The notes: a model not told the origin generated them from the sequence alone. A DNA stretch of 64,000 nucleotides from an uncultured Chloroflexia bacterium (GCA_963809805.1 CAWELB010000002.1:449014-513013); one strand, 5' to 3'. Positions 36,990 through 45,648 are shown, counted from the stretch's first letter. Translations and numbers: made by a program.

Positions 36990-38411
36990 ATGTTCCAAAC
37001 CTATGAACAGGTAAGAAGTTACCTGGATGAACAGAATATCCAGATGGTGGACCTCAAGTTCACTGATCTGTGGGGGCGTTGGCACCACCTGACCGTTCCG
37101 GCAGGTCAATTTTCTCCCCAGCTGCTTGAGAATGGCATCGGATTCGATGGCTCGGCAGTTGGCCTGAAGAGTGTAAAAGCCGGTGACATGGTGCTGGTGC
37201 CCGAGCTATCCACTGGTATGCGTGATCCCTTTTGGGATGCCCCCACACTGAGTTTCATTTGCACCACGCTGGAAGCGGATACCCACGCTGTCTTCACTAA
37301 CGACCCGCGTAACATAGCCATTCGGGCAGAGGAGTATCTGCGTTCCACCGGTATCGCCGATGAGAGCCGTTGGGGACCGGAGTTTGAATTTTACATCTTC
37401 GACAGCGTCTCCTATGAATACGGGGTCAACCGTGCCAGCTACCGCGTGGATTGCCAGGAAGCCGATTGGGCCAGCGTGCAGAGTGGGCATGGGCATTACA
37501 TCCCTGCGCATGGTGGTTACCACGCCATCCCACCCAAGGACCAATTCTATAATTTACGCACCGAGATGACTTTACACCTTCAAGCCATGGGCGTGCCGGT
37601 CAAGTATCACCACCACGAAGTGGGCGGACCAGGGCAGTCAGAGATTGAAATACCCATGATGAGGCTGCTGCAGGCCGGGGATGCCGCGATGATCATCAAG
37701 TACGCCACCAAGATGACCGCTCATTCCCATAACAAGACCGTCACCTTTATGCCGAAGCCCTTGTATGGTGAAGCGGGCTCAGGGATGCATTTCCACCAGC
37801 ACCTGTTTAATGGGGGGGTGAATGTCTTCTATGACCCAGCCGGTTATGGCTGTCTTAGTCAAACCGCATTGTATTATATTGGCGGATTGCTTACTCATGG
37901 GCCGGCTTTGCTGGCACTAACCAACCCCAGTACTAATTCGTATAGTCGACTGGTCCCGGGATATGAAGCTCCGGTGAACGCTTTCTTCTCGCTGGGCAAC
38001 CGCAGTGCGGCGGTTCGCATTCCCAAGTACGCCACCCAGCCCGACACTGCCCGGATGGAATTTCGCCCTCCCGATGCCACCTGTAACGTCTACCTGGCGC
38101 TATCTGCCCAGCTGCTTGCGGGATTGGATGGCATCCAGCGCCAGATCGATCCCACCGCGGCTGGCTTTGGCCCGTTTGATGCCAATATCTTCGCCTGGAG
38201 TGATGATCAGCGGGGGCAGATCAAAAGCCTGCCCGATTCGCTCAACGCCGCCCTGGTCGCCCTGGAGCAGGACCATGAATTCCTGCTGGCAGGGGATGTG
38301 TTCAGCGAGCTGATGATCAATCAATGGGTGGATTTTAAGCGCAATGCGGAATATTATCAGGTACGCAACCGTCCTCACCCGTATGAGATGAGCCTGTATT
38401 TTGATGTTTAA
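36990..38411 (+). CDS. glnA: Glutamine synthetase, type I
   Basis: 473 aa. FDGSAV, GPEFEFYIF, KPLYGEAGSGMHFHQ, NPSTNSYSRLVPGYEAP and RIP...ARMEFRPPD motifs. Confidence 0.95.
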   Translation: MFQTYEQVRSYLDEQNIQMVDLKFTDLWGRWHHLTVPAGQFSPQLLENGIGFDGSAVGLKSVKAGDMVLVPELSTGMRDPFWDAPTLSFICTTLEADTHAVFTNDPRNIAIRAEEYLRSTGIADESRWGPEFEFYIFDSVSYEYGVNRASYRVDCQEADWASVQSGHGHYIPAHGGYHAIPPKDQFYNLRTEMTLHLQAMGVPVKYHHHEVGGPGQSEIEIPMMRLLQAGDAAMIIKYATKMTAHSHNKTVTFMPKPLYGEAGSGMHFHQHLFNGGVNVFYDPAGYGCLSQTALYYIGGLLTHGPALLALTNPSTNSYSRLVPGYEAPVNAFFSLGNRSAAVRIPKYATQPDTARMEFRPPDATCNVYLALSAQLLAGLDGIQRQIDPTAAGFGPFDANIFAWSDDQRGQIKSLPDSLNAALVALEQDHEFLLAGDVFSELMINQWVDFKRNAEYYQVRNRPHPYEMSLYFDV

Positions 38412-38473
38412 CGATGGATAGCGTAAGTCACCAAATCACACGAATATGGCAACATTGACCATGGAGAGGTGAT

Positions 38474-39013
38474 GTGAATCGGCAATTCTCATTCGTTACT
38501 GCTTTACTTTCTCTTGCGCTGGTATTGACTTCCTGCGATCTGCCTGTTTCCAGGTCCAGTCAGGATAGGTTGGAATTGGCCGAATTTACTGAGAGCTATG
38601 TGAATGTATCGATTATATTGGAACGAGCTGGTGAAGGTGAGACAGTCCTGAAAGCCACTTTCACTCCGACAGAGGAGGATGCTCACCTGTACAGCATGGA
38701 GCTGCCCAGAGAAGGGGTTGACGGGTTGGGCAGACCCACACTGATCGAGCTGCCCCCAGGGGCGAGCATGCAGGTGGCGGGTGACCTTCAAGAGAGCGTG
38801 TCCTCTGTGTTAGATGCGGTAGCGACTGACTTACCAGCCCTCCCGGTATATCCAAGCGGAGCAGTTACGTTGAGCCTGCCAGTCCTCCTTCCGGAGGCGG
38901 ATGGCGAGCTGGTCACCGATCAGCTGATGATCACTTATATGGCGTGTACACCCCGCGGCTGCCATAAACCGGTGCTAGCCAGGCTGGTGCAGGTGCAGGT
39001 TCCAACGAAATAA
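38474..39013 (+). CDS. Lipoprotein with DsbD-alpha-like (DsbD N-terminal / DsbC-corrector) domain
   Basis: Lipobox LTSC. AHLYSMELP...LIELPPG...LPVYPSGAVTLSLPVLL...LMITYMACTPRGCHKP follows the PF11412-type pattern (HlY ... P ... vyeG ... yqaC..xxC.pP) as I remember it. Confidence 0.55.
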   Translation: MNRQFSFVTALLSLALVLTSCDLPVSRSSQDRLELAEFTESYVNVSIILERAGEGETVLKATFTPTEEDAHLYSMELPREGVDGLGRPTLIELPPGASMQVAGDLQESVSSVLDAVATDLPALPVYPSGAVTLSLPVLLPEADGELVTDQLMITYMACTPRGCHKPVLARLVQVQVPTK

Positions 39014-39084
39014 CGCCGGTCGGCGGTAAAGCCCCTGACCGGCTTTCTACACAATGAGTATATTTGACTTATAAGGAGGATGTT

Positions 39085-39750
39085 GTGCAAAAGGAGCCAT
39101 TCCCGCGCTTCATATTATTGATCCTGATGACGATCATGATGCTGGTGGCGACCGGGTGCAAGGGGCAGGTTGACACCACCGCGCTGCAAGCCCCTCTATC
39201 CAGTGCCACCTTTACCAGTGTTCCTTCGACGGACACACCCATTCCACCCACGGATACCGCTATCCCTCCGACGGATACCGCTATCCCTCCCACGGATACG
39301 CGCATACCACCCACCAAGACCAGCACACCGCTTCCACCCACGCCGACGTCGGAAGTGCCATTCGTTTTCATCCGCATAGTGCCTTCGGCTGGCAGCCTTT
39401 CCGATCAGCTGGCAGTGGAAGTGGGGAAGGCAGAACAATCAGGTTTAACACCTGTAGTTTTGTTCGATGCCACGTGGTGACCTGCTTGCCAGGCGATTGC
39501 CGTGAGCATTCGAACACAAAACTCGTTGATGGAGGATGCATTCGAGGGGATGTATATTATCCAGGTGGATGTCGACGTGTGGGGGTTTCCTCCCGATGGT
39601 TGGGATTTTAAATACATCCCGGTCTTTTACGCATTGGATTCCAATGGCAATTCCACCGGCGAGATGATTGATGGTGGAGCATGGGGAGATAACATCCCGG
39701 AGAATATGGCACCCCCGCTCAAGGCTTTCTTTGAGAGCCTAAAACCCTGA
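39085..39750 (+). CDS. Thioredoxin-fold lipoprotein with in-frame TGA at the CxxC position (candidate selenoprotein, W-U-P-A-C)
   Basis: GTG 39085 lies 5 nt after the RBS aaggagg (track start TTG 39064). Lipobox ATGC. TDTxIPP x4 linker. VVLFDATW-TGA(39478-39480)-PACQAI...YIIQVDVD...KYIPVFYAL is a Trx fold with a cis-Pro. Track ORFs 39064..39480 and 39502..39750 are in the same frame. Confidence 0.6.
39229..39312 (+). repeat. 4 x 21-nt tandem repeat encoding a TDTxIPP linker
   Basis: acggacacacccattccaccc / acggataccgctatccctccg / acggataccgctatccctccc / acggatacgcgcataccaccc. Confidence 0.9.
39483..39508 (+). promoter_or_regulatory. SECIS-like stem-loop just 3' of the in-frame UGA
   Basis: UGCUUGC-(CA bulge)-GGC [GAUU] GCC-GUGAGCA. 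About 10 bp including two G-U pairs. The apical loop starts with G about 17 nt from the U of UGA. Confidence 0.4.
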
Positions 39751-39780
39751 ACGGTTCAATAAAACCTAAAACGAGTATAT

Positions 39781-39826
39781 AAAAGCCTGGTGCAAACGAT
39801 GCAGCCAGGCTTTTATATTCTTCTTC
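39781..39826. terminator. Bidirectional terminator between convergent genes
   Basis: Arms aaaagcctggtgca and tgcagccaggctttt with A-tract and T-tract flanks, followed by tatattcttctt. Confidence 0.7.
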
Positions 39827-39855
39827 GGATATGCACTCCCGCCTGTCACACCAGG

Positions 39856-40236
39856 TCAGTCTTTATCAAAGAACTCCAAAGCCTGTTTGACCAGAAACAC
39901 CGGCCACACCAGGGCTTTCAGGAAACCCATTACCTTTTCCTGAGTAGTGACACCCTTGTTCATGTAATAGATACATGCGCCGATAACACCCAGTCCATAG
40001 ACTGCCCCTGAATTCCCACCCTGTACTCGAACCTGGACACCTTTATCTTTTTCTTCCGTTGGTGCTATTTCATCTGTCATATTTGCTCCTGTCTGTTCAA
40101 TCCGAAACTGAGGTTGGTTGATGATGCCCATTAATACGTAATTGAATACATTCGTTAATTCATAACCCTGGTGCTTGATCCAAATCTGTGGCTGGTTAAT
40201 CAGGCCAAAGATCACGCTGTTGATTTGATTTCTCAT
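39856..40236 (-). CDS. Small hypothetical membrane protein with duplicated G(L/I)INQPQ motif
   Basis: The C-terminal part GNSGAVYGLGVIGACIYY...ALVWPVFLV is hydrophobic. The internal ATG at 40080 has a strong RBS (aggag, 5-nt spacer). The N-terminal extension contains a duplicated 11-aa motif with synonymous differences, so the long form may also be real. Confidence 0.55.
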   Translation of the reverse strand: MRNQINSVIFGLINQPQIWIKHQGYELTNVFNYVLMGIINQPQFRIEQTGANMTDEIAPTEEKDKGVQVRVQGGNSGAVYGLGVIGACIYYMNKGVTTQEKVMGFLKALVWPVFLVKQALEFFDKD

Positions 40237-40426
40237 TCCTTCACCTTTGCGAGCCCAAATCTGCTGGAAATCTGCCCTTCATATTCAACATCTAATTGTG
40301 CTCGCATTTTGCGATTTTAGCAATGGCACAGTTGAAATTTCTAGATACCGTGGAAATTATACACTTGAATAAAATTCCTGAATGAGAATTGAAATTGATT
40401 TTGGCTGCCATTGGCGGGTTTAACCG

Positions 40427-41665
40427 ATGACCTTCTTTGAGAACGGTATAAGTTATAATCGCTGGATGAATTCACAGCTGCTGTACCAGGAAGATCAAAC
40501 CGTGCTTGAGTTTGAAGCTCAGGTGGTTGAGCTCGTTGCCCTGCCCGATAACCGGTGTGGGGTGGTGCTTGATCGCACCTACTTTTACCCTACAGGGGGT
40601 GGTCAGGTACATGACACTGGAGAGATCGGCACTGCCCGTGTGGTGGAGGTGTTCAAGGAAGAGGCTGGTTCCCGAGTGGTGCACGTCGTCGATAGGGAGC
40701 TGGATATAGGCGCTGTTATTGCACGCATCGATGGTGAACGCCGCCTGCGCCATATGCAGCACCACACTGCCCAGCACCTGCTCACCCAATGCCTGCTGCG
40801 CCAGACCGGCTTCGAGACCGTCTCAGCCAATATCAATGGCTATTCGCCTTCTACTTTGGACCTCGTGACTACACAGGTCAGCAAGCCTGATCTCGACCAG
40901 GCTGAGCTGATTGCAAACCAAATTATTTATGAAGATCGAGCAGTCAGGACCTATTTCGTCTCTCCAGAAGAGCTCAGCACCATCCCACTGCGCCGCCCAC
41001 CCAAAGTGACTGAAAATATCCGCATCGTCGAGATAGACCATTATGATTATTCTGCCTGTGGCGGGACGCATGTGTTAAGCACCGGCAGTATTGGTCTGGT
41101 GAAGGTGGTCAAAACCGAACGGCAGAATGATAAAACCAGGGTGTATTTTATCGCCGGGCTGCAAGCTATGGGGGTATTTCACCAGATGTACGAATCCCTA
41201 ACCGGACTGGCAAATAAGATGAGCACCAGCTGGCAGGATGTGGGGGATGTGATCAGCAAGCAGACGGAACGTCTGGGCGTCCTACAAAAAGAGCTGCAAT
41301 CACTGCGCCAGAATGCGCTCAGGTTTGAAGCCCAGGATCTGGCAGCCGGTGCTGAAGAACGGGATGGGTTCAGACTGGTGCGGGCTAGTTTTGATGCTCG
41401 TTCCCCCAGCGAGCTGCGCATATTGGCTGATGCATTTAGAAAGATCAGAGATCTGGTGGCTGTTCTATCCGCGTACGATGGTCAAAAATTATCCATGATC
41501 CTCACCTGTGGTGAGGCCACGGGAAAGGATGCCCGTCAGCTGCTTAATACCCAGCTGGCTCAGATTGGCGGCCGGGGTGGGGGAGATGCCAGTTTCGCCC
41601 AGGGGGGTGGAGTGGCAACCGAAGCGCAGTACCGTTTGTTACAGCAGCTAGTCGACCTGGGTTAA
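40427..41665 (+). CDS. AlaX-L-type alanyl-tRNA editing protein (tRNA SAD + DHHA1 domains)
   Basis: HTAQHLL (HxxxH) and CGGTH zinc/editing motifs. C-terminal GGRGGGDASFAQGG is typical of DHHA1. The start is uncertain. Confidence 0.8.
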   Translation: MTFFENGISYNRWMNSQLLYQEDQTVLEFEAQVVELVALPDNRCGVVLDRTYFYPTGGGQVHDTGEIGTARVVEVFKEEAGSRVVHVVDRELDIGAVIARIDGERRLRHMQHHTAQHLLTQCLLRQTGFETVSANINGYSPSTLDLVTTQVSKPDLDQAELIANQIIYEDRAVRTYFVSPEELSTIPLRRPPKVTENIRIVEIDHYDYSACGGTHVLSTGSIGLVKVVKTERQNDKTRVYFIAGLQAMGVFHQMYESLTGLANKMSTSWQDVGDVISKQTERLGVLQKELQSLRQNALRFEAQDLAAGAEERDGFRLVRASFDARSPSELRILADAFRKIRDLVAVLSAYDGQKLSMILTCGEATGKDARQLLNTQLAQIGGRGGGDASFAQGGGVATEAQYRLLQQLVDLG

Positions 41666-41763
41666 ATAAACCTGCAAAGGTGATCACGCCTGGATTGCTG
41701 CTGACTTCATCTTCCAGTTTTTCCTATGCAGTATTGTTCTTCACCCATATTAATACCTTTCGA

Positions 41764-41820
41764 TGGATATCGCCTGGTCTTACGGATGCTGTGGTAAATC
41801 CTCTTTCTTATATTGCTTGA
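41764..41820. repeat. Copy B of the ~58-nt dispersed repeat (copy A at 32797-32855)
   Basis: Lies in the long untranslated region upstream of the cold-shock gene. See copy A. Confidence 0.5.
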
Positions 41821-41995
41821 CGGATTGGTGATTCACTGGTAAACTAAACTACTGTAGGAAAGCCAGAAAGTTCTCGTTGCAAGGTGCAATAAAGACGGTC
41901 CAAGGCTCGCTCCTTGGGCTGTTTTATTTTGACTGCTCCGATGGATTCGAAGGCGCACCACATATCTTTTTTCATACCTTACGGAGGTAAATTTC

Positions 41996-42205
41996 ATGTC
42001 TGAAAGAATTATCGGCACAGTCAAATGGTTCAACGGGAGCAAGGGCTACGGTTTCTTGTCCCAGCCTGATGGCGCGGACGTCTTTGTCCACTACTCTGCG
42101 ATCCAATCTGACGGATACCGCACTCTCCAGGAAGGCCAGAAGGTGGAGTTCTCCATCGAGAAAGGCCCCAAGGGACTGCAGGCTGCCAACGTCATCCCTA
42201 TGTAA
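41996..42205 (+). CDS. Cold-shock protein (CspA family)
   Basis: 69 aa. [15 protein letters not shown] (RNP1) and VFVHYS (RNP2). Confidence 0.95.
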   Translation: MSERIIGTVKWFNGSKGYGFLSQPDGADVFVHYSAIQSDGYRTLQEGQKVEFSIEKGPKGLQAANVIPM

Positions 42206-42231
42206 TTGTAGACCCAAAACTATGTCACCAG

Positions 42232-42265
42232 AGACCTGCCGCAAACCGGCAGGTCTTTGATTTTT
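42232..42265 (+). terminator. Rho-independent terminator of the csp gene
   Basis: Arms agacctgccg and cggcaggtct (10 bp) followed by ttgattttt. Confidence 0.85.
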
Positions 42266-42350
42266 ATCACGGAGACGGTGATAGGTTAGGGTGGATGATG
42301 CGCCAGAGTTGCCTCAATCTAACCTCTGCAGCAGTTATAATTCACTTTGA

Positions 42351-43280
42351 ATGAAGATATTGCCCACTGTAAAATTGATCAAATGGGCGGGAGGTATCCT
42401 GTGCCTCTTTTTCGCCCTCTCCGCCTGTAGCATCGTAGGTGGTGGCGCCGTGGATGACACCCCCACACCCATGCCGACCTCCAGCGTTCGTGGATCTACA
42501 GTGATCGCATCTCAAGCCTGTCTGGTGGCAGCGCAGAGCATGATCCGCGTCGATGAGCCTCAAGGAGATCTTATTGCCTGGTCACCACAAGCTGATTCCG
42601 TTGCTTACATTGCTGCAACTACAGGGTCAAGCTGGAATATCGGTGAGCTGAACTTGCTCTCGGCCCCCAAGTTTGATACACCCATCCGGTTGGCGACAGG
42701 TATCGCCGGTGAGCTCACCTGGTCTCCTGACGCAGCCTCGATTGCGTACCTGGGTCTTCGACGGAGTGATAACCTGTATACTATTGGTCTGGCATATCCT
42801 AATGGGCGCACCTCCCAGGACCTCTTCCCGGATGAAGCTGCCCGCACAGATGACTACTCCAGCCAGAAGGCGATCCTTGAGTGGGTGGATCCAGGCCGGT
42901 TGCGGGTGCTGGTTTCCTGCGGGAATGACTGCATGCAAACCATGGATATCGCCGTTCAAACCGGTATCACCAGCAACGTGGCTGACCCGATCCAAAGGAC
43001 CTGGGATATGTGGTCAGCTCACACGAACCATCCTGCCATCATTCCACCTAAATATGCAGAGCTAACCGGGCAGCTCAATTGGTCCTGGGATGAAAAGCAC
43101 ATCGCCTACATTGATAAGGCTGGAAATGCCTGGGTGATCAATGCAAATGGTGGCAACCTCTACTCTCTGGATATCGGTCAGTATGGCACAGCCACCGAAA
43201 CTGACTGGTCGTTCGATGACCAGTACCTGGCAGTTCAGGTAGACCAGCAATTGATGATATTCTCTTTTAAATGCCCATGA
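42351..43280 (+). CDS. Lipoprotein, beta-propeller-like (WSP(D/Q) repeats)
   Basis: Lipobox LSAC. Recurrent IAWSPQADSVAYI / LTWSPDAASIAYL / LNWSWDEKHIAYI blades. Confidence 0.65.
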   Translation: MKILPTVKLIKWAGGILCLFFALSACSIVGGGAVDDTPTPMPTSSVRGSTVIASQACLVAAQSMIRVDEPQGDLIAWSPQADSVAYIAATTGSSWNIGELNLLSAPKFDTPIRLATGIAGELTWSPDAASIAYLGLRRSDNLYTIGLAYPNGRTSQDLFPDEAARTDDYSSQKAILEWVDPGRLRVLVSCGNDCMQTMDIAVQTGITSNVADPIQRTWDMWSAHTNHPAIIPPKYAELTGQLNWSWDEKHIAYIDKAGNAWVINANGGNLYSLDIGQYGTATETDWSFDDQYLAVQVDQQLMIFSFKCP

Positions 43281-43291
43281 AAGGAGCTGAT

Positions 43292-44680
43292 ATGACCACA
43301 ACCCGCCTTGAGCACGACCTGTTGGGTGAGCGGGAAGTAGCAGATGAACATTATTATGGCATCCAGACCCTGCGGGCGGTGGAAAACTTCGGCATCACCG
43401 GCATCCCCATCTCTCAATATCCGCGCCTGATCCATTCGCTGGCATATATCAAGAAAGCCGCCGCGCTCACCAATCTCGAGCTGGGCTTATTGCCGGTAGA
43501 GATTGCTCAGGCGATCACACAGGCGTGTGATGATATCCTGAATGGCGAATTATTGCCCGAGTTTGTTGTGGACGTCATCCAGGGTGGGGCAGGCACATCC
43601 ACCAACATGAACGCCAATGAAGTGATCGCCAACCGCGCCCTCGAGCATCTGGGTCTTCCCAAGGGCCGGTACGATGTGCTGCACCCGCTCAACCACGTCA
43701 ACCTGTCACAATCCACCAATGATGTCTATCCTACCGCCTTGCGCCTTACCCTGAGCATGAAATTGGATGGGCTGGTGATCGAGATGCAAGCCCTTCAAAA
43801 GGCACTGGTCAGAAAAAGTGCTGAATTCTCAGATGTGATCAAGATGGGACGCACCCAGCTGCAGGATGCAGTGCCCATGACGCTGGGTCAGGAGTTTGAA
43901 GCCTGGGGTGTGACGGTTGGAGAAGATATCGCACGCGTACGTGAAGCTCAAGCCTTGCTGCGCGAGATCAATTTGGGTGCCACCGCCATTGGCACTGGTT
44001 TGAATGCACCTCCAAAATATGCTGAGCTTGTGACCGTGACGCTCAGGGAGCTGAGTGGAGTACCGGTGGTCCAATCGCAGAATCTGGTGGAAGCCACCCA
44101 GGATGCTGGCGCTTATGTGCAGCTTTCGGGTGTGTTGAAACGCGTGGCGGTTAAACTCTCCAAGATCAGTAACGATCTGCGCCTGCTCTCCTCCGGTCCA
44201 CGCGCCGGGCTGGGAGAGATCAACCTGCCACCCATGGCCCCAGGTTCGTCCATCATGCCGGGCAAGGTCAACCCGATCATCCCCGAAGTGGTCAACCAGG
44301 TGGCATTTGAAGTGATTGGCAACGACCTCACCGTGACAATGGCAGCTGAAGCTGGTCAGCTGGAGCTGAATGCCATGGAACCGGTGATCGCTTACAGCCT
44401 GTTCACTTCATTAGATATGCTCGGTCGGGCATGCCGCACGCTCGTCACTCGCTGTATCAATGGCATCACCGCCAACCGCGAACATTGCCGGCAGACTGTC
44501 GAGAACAGCATTGGGTTGGTGACTGCGCTTAATCCACTTTTGGGGTATGAAAAATCCAGCCAGATTGCCGAGGAAGCCCTGCGAACAGGGAAATCGGTGG
44601 TGGAAGTGGTGCTGGAAAAGGGTTATCTAAGCCGCCAGCAGCTGGAACAGGTGCTCGCACCACACAGGATGATCCGCTAG
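43292..44680 (+). CDS. aspA: Aspartate ammonia-lyase
   Basis: Near-colinear with aspartase as I remember it: EHDLLGEREV, QGGAGTS.NMN, GRTQLQDAVPMTLGQEF, GSSIMPGKVNP signature, MAAEAGQLELN. ATG 43292 follows the RBS aaaggag. Confidence 0.9.
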   Translation: MTTTRLEHDLLGEREVADEHYYGIQTLRAVENFGITGIPISQYPRLIHSLAYIKKAAALTNLELGLLPVEIAQAITQACDDILNGELLPEFVVDVIQGGAGTSTNMNANEVIANRALEHLGLPKGRYDVLHPLNHVNLSQSTNDVYPTALRLTLSMKLDGLVIEMQALQKALVRKSAEFSDVIKMGRTQLQDAVPMTLGQEFEAWGVTVGEDIARVREAQALLREINLGATAIGTGLNAPPKYAELVTVTLRELSGVPVVQSQNLVEATQDAGAYVQLSGVLKRVAVKLSKISNDLRLLSSGPRAGLGEINLPPMAPGSSIMPGKVNPIIPEVVNQVAFEVIGNDLTVTMAAEAGQLELNAMEPVIAYSLFTSLDMLGRACRTLVTRCINGITANREHCRQTVENSIGLVTALNPLLGYEKSSQIAEEALRTGKSVVEVVLEKGYLSRQQLEQVLAPHRMIR

Positions 44681-44732
44681 AGTAAATTTTAAATCTTAGT
44701 TCACTCAGTGAACGATCATTCGAACAAAAGAT

Positions 44733-44758
44733 CTCACAGGTTTTCAAAACCTGTGAGG
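44733..44758. terminator. Hairpin between convergent aspA and the 44798 gene
   Basis: Arms ctcacaggtttt and aaaacctgtgag. The T-rich flank is on the minus-strand side. Confidence 0.55.
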
Positions 44759-44797
44759 TCTGGTTGATTATGCGATGGTCGTGCTCTCAAAACCAGG

Positions 44798-45484
44798 TTA
44801 TCGCCGCACTACGGGCATGAATACTGTTCCGACAAAAGGAGCGTAATATGCCACACGTAAGCCGCAGATCTGGTTGGCGATGTTATTCTCGGCAGGCAAG
44901 CCGGATAGGGCATATCCATAAAGGGAATTATCTACAGTTTCGGTGATTGCCTGGCTAACGGTAAAGCCAACACCACCAGAAAACTCAGCGGTTGAGCCAG
45001 CATAAACAATGTCTGCGAATGCGCCTCCAGGCTGGTATTTCGTGATAAATCCAAGCACAGAACTGTTGGGATTTGTGTCTTTATAGTACACCCGTAAATA
45101 CTTGATCACTGCATTTTCTGGGATATGTAATTCAGTATTTAATATTCTTTCACTACCTGCAGTGGTATGGGCGCAACCATTGCCATCATAGGTGAATTGC
45201 GTGGTGCTGGACCGCCCTCGCAAGGTTGCTCCGGTGACCTGGTAATAGGTGAAATTTGCAGATGGGCTGTTTACACCTGAAGTGGGGTTTTCATCCGGTG
45301 GAGAAATGTTTTGATAGGCTGGATCTCCACTGATATACGAGGGAGACATTTCTACAATTTCTCCTCCCGGCTCAGTGGCGGGCACGATTAATTGAGCGAG
45401 AACCTTTCCACCCAGGAGCAGCATAACCGCCATGACGATCACGATACCAATCTTCCAATACTTGTTCCTGTTGATCTGGTTCAT
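44798..45484 (-). CDS. Secreted/anchored hypothetical protein
   Basis: 228 aa. N-terminal anchor KIGIVIVMAVMLLLGG. RBS aaggagg upstream. No motif recognised. Confidence 0.65.
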   Translation of the reverse strand: MNQINRNKYWKIGIVIVMAVMLLLGGKVLAQLIVPATEPGGEIVEMSPSYISGDPAYQNISPPDENPTSGVNSPSANFTYYQVTGATLRGRSSTTQFTYDGNGCAHTTAGSERILNTELHIPENAVIKYLRVYYKDTNPNSSVLGFITKYQPGGAFADIVYAGSTAEFSGGVGFTVSQAITETVDNSLYGYALSGLPAENNIANQICGLRVAYYAPFVGTVFMPVVRR

Positions 45485-45648
45485 ACAGGCCTCCTTTGGC
45501 GTTTATCAGGTGAATGGTAAACATTTAATGGACGGAAATGATGTAACGCAATCCAAGATGATTTTATGAGTTATTCTATTTATTGTCAATTGAGAGTTGG
45601 TCCGAAGAAGATTAATTATTTTTATCATAGATATTGAATAAGTCGATA

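Noticed and set aside
39069-39438. ORFs 39069..39377(-), 39170..39379(+) and 39196..39438(-) within the PT-linker region.
   Set aside because: They are artefacts of the 21-nt tandem repeat, which is open in several frames.
39478-39502. TGA 39478 as a genuine stop, with a separate gene starting at GTG 39502; alternatively, TGA-sense genetic codes 4 or 25.
   Set aside because: The split falls inside the CxxC motif of a single Trx fold. The downstream piece has no RBS, signal or redox motif of its own. Many other genes in the window terminate with TGA, so an alternative code is unlikely. Pseudogene or sequencing error remains possible and is listed under the finding.
40096-40206. The two ~33-nt direct repeats upstream of ATG 40080 as an operator pair or riboswitch.
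   Set aside because: The pattern of synonymous third-position differences fits a duplicated peptide motif in the long ORF better than a DNA or RNA element. It remains ambiguous and is reported as a finding.
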